From Octopus vulgaris (taxonomy: Eukaryota), in assembly GCA_951406725.2 (NCBI GenBank), contig OX597816.1:118792001-118856000 (forward strand): 64,000 nucleotides of DNA, in the 5' to 3' direction. This document shows positions 61,467-64,000 of this stretch, one piece after another. The position numbers and the translations under genes are program-made. The notes below the pieces were generated by a model, which saw only the letters and a program-made list of their open reading frames with translations, ran no database searches and was not told the origin of the DNA. Each line of letters opens with the position of its first letter. Positions within the stretch are counted from its first letter, which is position 1.

Positions 61467-61590
61467 GCTAATTCCATCAAATTTTTCTGGGGTCACTTTG
61501 TCTAGGTACTTTATTTTCAGGTAAGTAATTAGAGCACCAGCTGTGTAGAACAAGTCTAAGTGAAGATCACGGTAGCCAAATATACTTTCA
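61467..61590 (-). CDS. HAT1: HAT1 coding exon (124 nt): ESIFGYRDLHLDLFYTAGALITYLKIKYLDKVTPEKFDGIS
   Basis: Acceptor ttttccag, donor gtgagt; matches the Hat1 N-terminal domain FGY-x-x-L motif; phase 0 junction to next exon. Confidence 0.93.
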
Positions 61591-61650
61591 CTGGAAAAAG
61601 CAAAACAAAATTATTAATTATCTTGAAGACCAATAAAATTGTGACTATAT

Positions 61651-61697
<47 letters not shown>

Positions 61698-62384
61698 TTG
61701 TGTAGTTAGGAAGTTTTTTGGAACCACATGATTAAGAGTTCAGTACCTAGTGTGGATGCTGTTGGCCTGTATCTTCTACTATAGCCACTGGTTGACCAAT
61801 ACCTTAGTGAAATTGGTAGACAAAAACTAAAGAAGGTCATGGATATATGTATGTGTGTCAATGAGTTTGTATCTCCCCTCATCTTCATGTGTGCTCTCTG
61901 ATTGTAAAGAAATGTTGAAACAAGCAGCATCACATTTTGTTTCCACTCCTCCTCCATGTAAACACATCTGGGTTGTTTGTTGAACTCACGACCTTATGAA
62001 TGTAAGTCGAATACCCTAACCACCAAGCCATGTGCCTTCACACACACATAGAAATATAGATGTGTATCAATGAGGGGCTTCCTTCAGTTTTCATTTACCA
62101 GATCTACCAACAAAGCTTCAGTCACTAGAGGACACTTACATAAGGTGCCACGCAGTGGGACTGAACCTAAACCATGTGGTTGGCAAGCAAACTTCTTATT
62201 ACATTCCTATGCTTACACACTTATAAATATTCATGTAGAAAATTTGGGTATAAACATCAAAGAATAAAAACCACAGTAACTAAGAGCTCAAATAACTGGT
62301 TGTTAAACCCTAACTTAGTTATGTATCACAATTATGTAATTATACATTTGTCTGCTAGATTAAGACTGGTATAAGGGTAAATAA

Positions 62385-62860
62385 CAATAACTATAGCCAC
62401 TAATACTAACTACTATGCTGTACATTAGATAACATAGTCCTAGATACACTATGTCTGAATAAAAGGTGGAATGCTCACAGCTGGATCATAGTTGTGTCTG
62501 GATTAGGACTGATCCGTGGCTAAACAATAACAGCCACAAATACTAACTACGATACTATACAGTACATAATGTAATCTGAGATACATTAAGTCTAGACAAA
62601 AGGTCACACCTGGATCATAAGTGTTTCTGGATCAGGTCTGACCTGGGGCTAAACAACAAAAGCAATTGATACTATACTATACATTAGATAGTGTAGTCCT
62701 AGATACACTTATGTCTGGATAAAAGGTCACAGTTGGATCATCAGTGTATTTGGATCAGGACTGACCTGTGGCTAAACAACAAAAGCAACTAATACTAACT
62801 ATGATACTATAAATTAAATAATCTAGTCCTAGATACACTATGTCTGAATAAAAGGTTGAA
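62385..62860. repeat. ~120-135 bp tandem repeat (about 3.5 copies)
   Basis: Unit gtcctagatacactatgtctg.ataaaaggt..cacag.tggatcat...ggatcaggactgacctg.ggctaaacaacaa; related to a dispersed repeat at about 8890, 40470, 51460 and 63420. Confidence 0.8.
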
Positions 62861-64000
62861 TGATAATCACTAACCCCAAGGTTTTCTAATATTTTATTAT
62901 TTTCAAAAGGAATTAAAACAATGTGTTTTATTTGGTGTTAATACACTAACAAATTCTGCCAAGGTCGACTCCACCTTTCGTCTTTTAGGGGTTGATAAAA
63001 TAAGTACCATTGAAGTAGTGGGGCCCAATGCAATTGACTTACCCCCTCTCCCATAATTGCTGGCCCACTGCCAAGATTTGAAACCTATATGCAGTGACTT
63101 TCACTTTTATTCTAAAATGAATTTCAAGAACTGTTAGTTATTTATATCTTGCAGCTTTATGTATCATACTGCACTATTTTAGTATCATGTTATCCACTGT
63201 TTAGTTGGCACTGTGCTCCAACCACAAAACCTGCCAGAAGCAAGCAGTAGGCTGTTGTTTAAGTAGACTTAGCTGTTATTCTAAGTGTTTAATCATAGCC
63301 TTACTTACTTCACAAAATGTTGTATAAAAGACACTCTCAGCTTCTTCACCCTCCTTCTCATTATTATTCTTATAATATTGCTTACATTGAGTTCCCAAAT
63401 CAACAATTTGTGTGTGTAGCTACTGTTTAGCCCAAAGTTAGCACAGAAATCAGTTATAGTCAAAGGCATTCTAGCCATGACTGTTCTGTATTTTTATTTT
63501 TTTCAGACTATTGTATATCAGTCATTATCCAATGTCCTCCCAACAGCAAGGAGGGAAAGAGGAGTGGATTTAGCTGCTATTTCTAACAGGTCAAACACAA
63601 AGAAACTCTTTTGGAAGAATGACATTTCAAACCAAAAGAACATATGACTGCTCATTAATATTGATTAATATGCAATATTTTGTTATATTTCTTTTATGTT
63701 CAGAATTCAAATCCTAACTAAAGACTAAAAGAATGTATATGTTTTGTATTTGTTGAATTTTGAGAGGGTGATTCTACTAATAATGACACACACACACACT
63801 GGTTGTGGTACACTTGAAGGGCATCCAGTCATAGAAACCATGTCAAATCTAACTATAGAACATGGTGCAGCCTCTGGTCTTGCCAGTTCCTGTCAAGCTG
63901 TCCAACCCAAGCTAGCATGGAAAATGGACTTTAAATGTTGATGATGGTGGTAGTAGGTTCATGTGTATGTTTGTCAGTGTGCTCTTGTTCAGTATGTGTG

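Larger units (their letters stand above)
1706..61590 (-). other. HAT1: HAT1 gene span within window (partial: 5' and 3' exons outside window)
   Basis: Seven GT-AG exons with compatible phases give one ORF matching the type B histone acetyltransferase catalytic subunit (FGY..L, ADDVE, YHERLQTFL, RPRISQVLILPPFQKLGHG, DITVEDPS, YEILRL, YRLDVKKRL). Confidence 0.96.

Noticed and set aside
61505-61530. Plus-strand ttttcag|gtaagt splice-like signal suggesting an antisense gene
   Set aside because: It is the reverse complement of HAT1 codons (TYLKIK); no supporting plus-strand exon chain.

Overview
Eukaryotic, AT-rich and extremely repeat-dense DNA. The SINE, RTE-LINE and microsatellite families strongly resemble octopus (coleoid cephalopod) repeats; this is inference from recognition, not a search. 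The window lies inside one minus-strand gene, histone acetyltransferase 1 (HAT1). I reconstructed 7 internal GT-AG coding exons (61590-61467, 57832-57691, 51301-51148, 46335-46231, 21395-21289, 7186-7035, 1822-1706). They total 901 nt and splice into one uninterrupted frame of about 300 aa; the first and last exons lie outside the window. The 3.6-24.8 kb introns hold a dead near full-length Helitron, a near full-length RTE LINE plus about 20 3'-fragments, a mariner split by a pogo/Tc2-type element, Tigger, Gypsy, Dong/R4-like and CR1/Jockey-like remnants, MITEs and SINEs. Most notable: (1) a CpG-retaining nested promoter in the 24.8-kb intron with exact TATA(-31)/Inr spacing, a perfect heat-shock element, a UPRE, a CRE and a spliceable non-coding first exon; (2) two hammerhead-ribozyme-like motifs, one on the HAT1 pre-mRNA strand inside a foldback element; (3) a pre-miRNA-like hairpin; (4) a head-to-tail Helitron dimer with a seamless CTRR|TC junction. 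Nearly all short ORFs in the supplied track are spurious or transposon fragments. Repeat boundaries are approximate unless termini are quoted.
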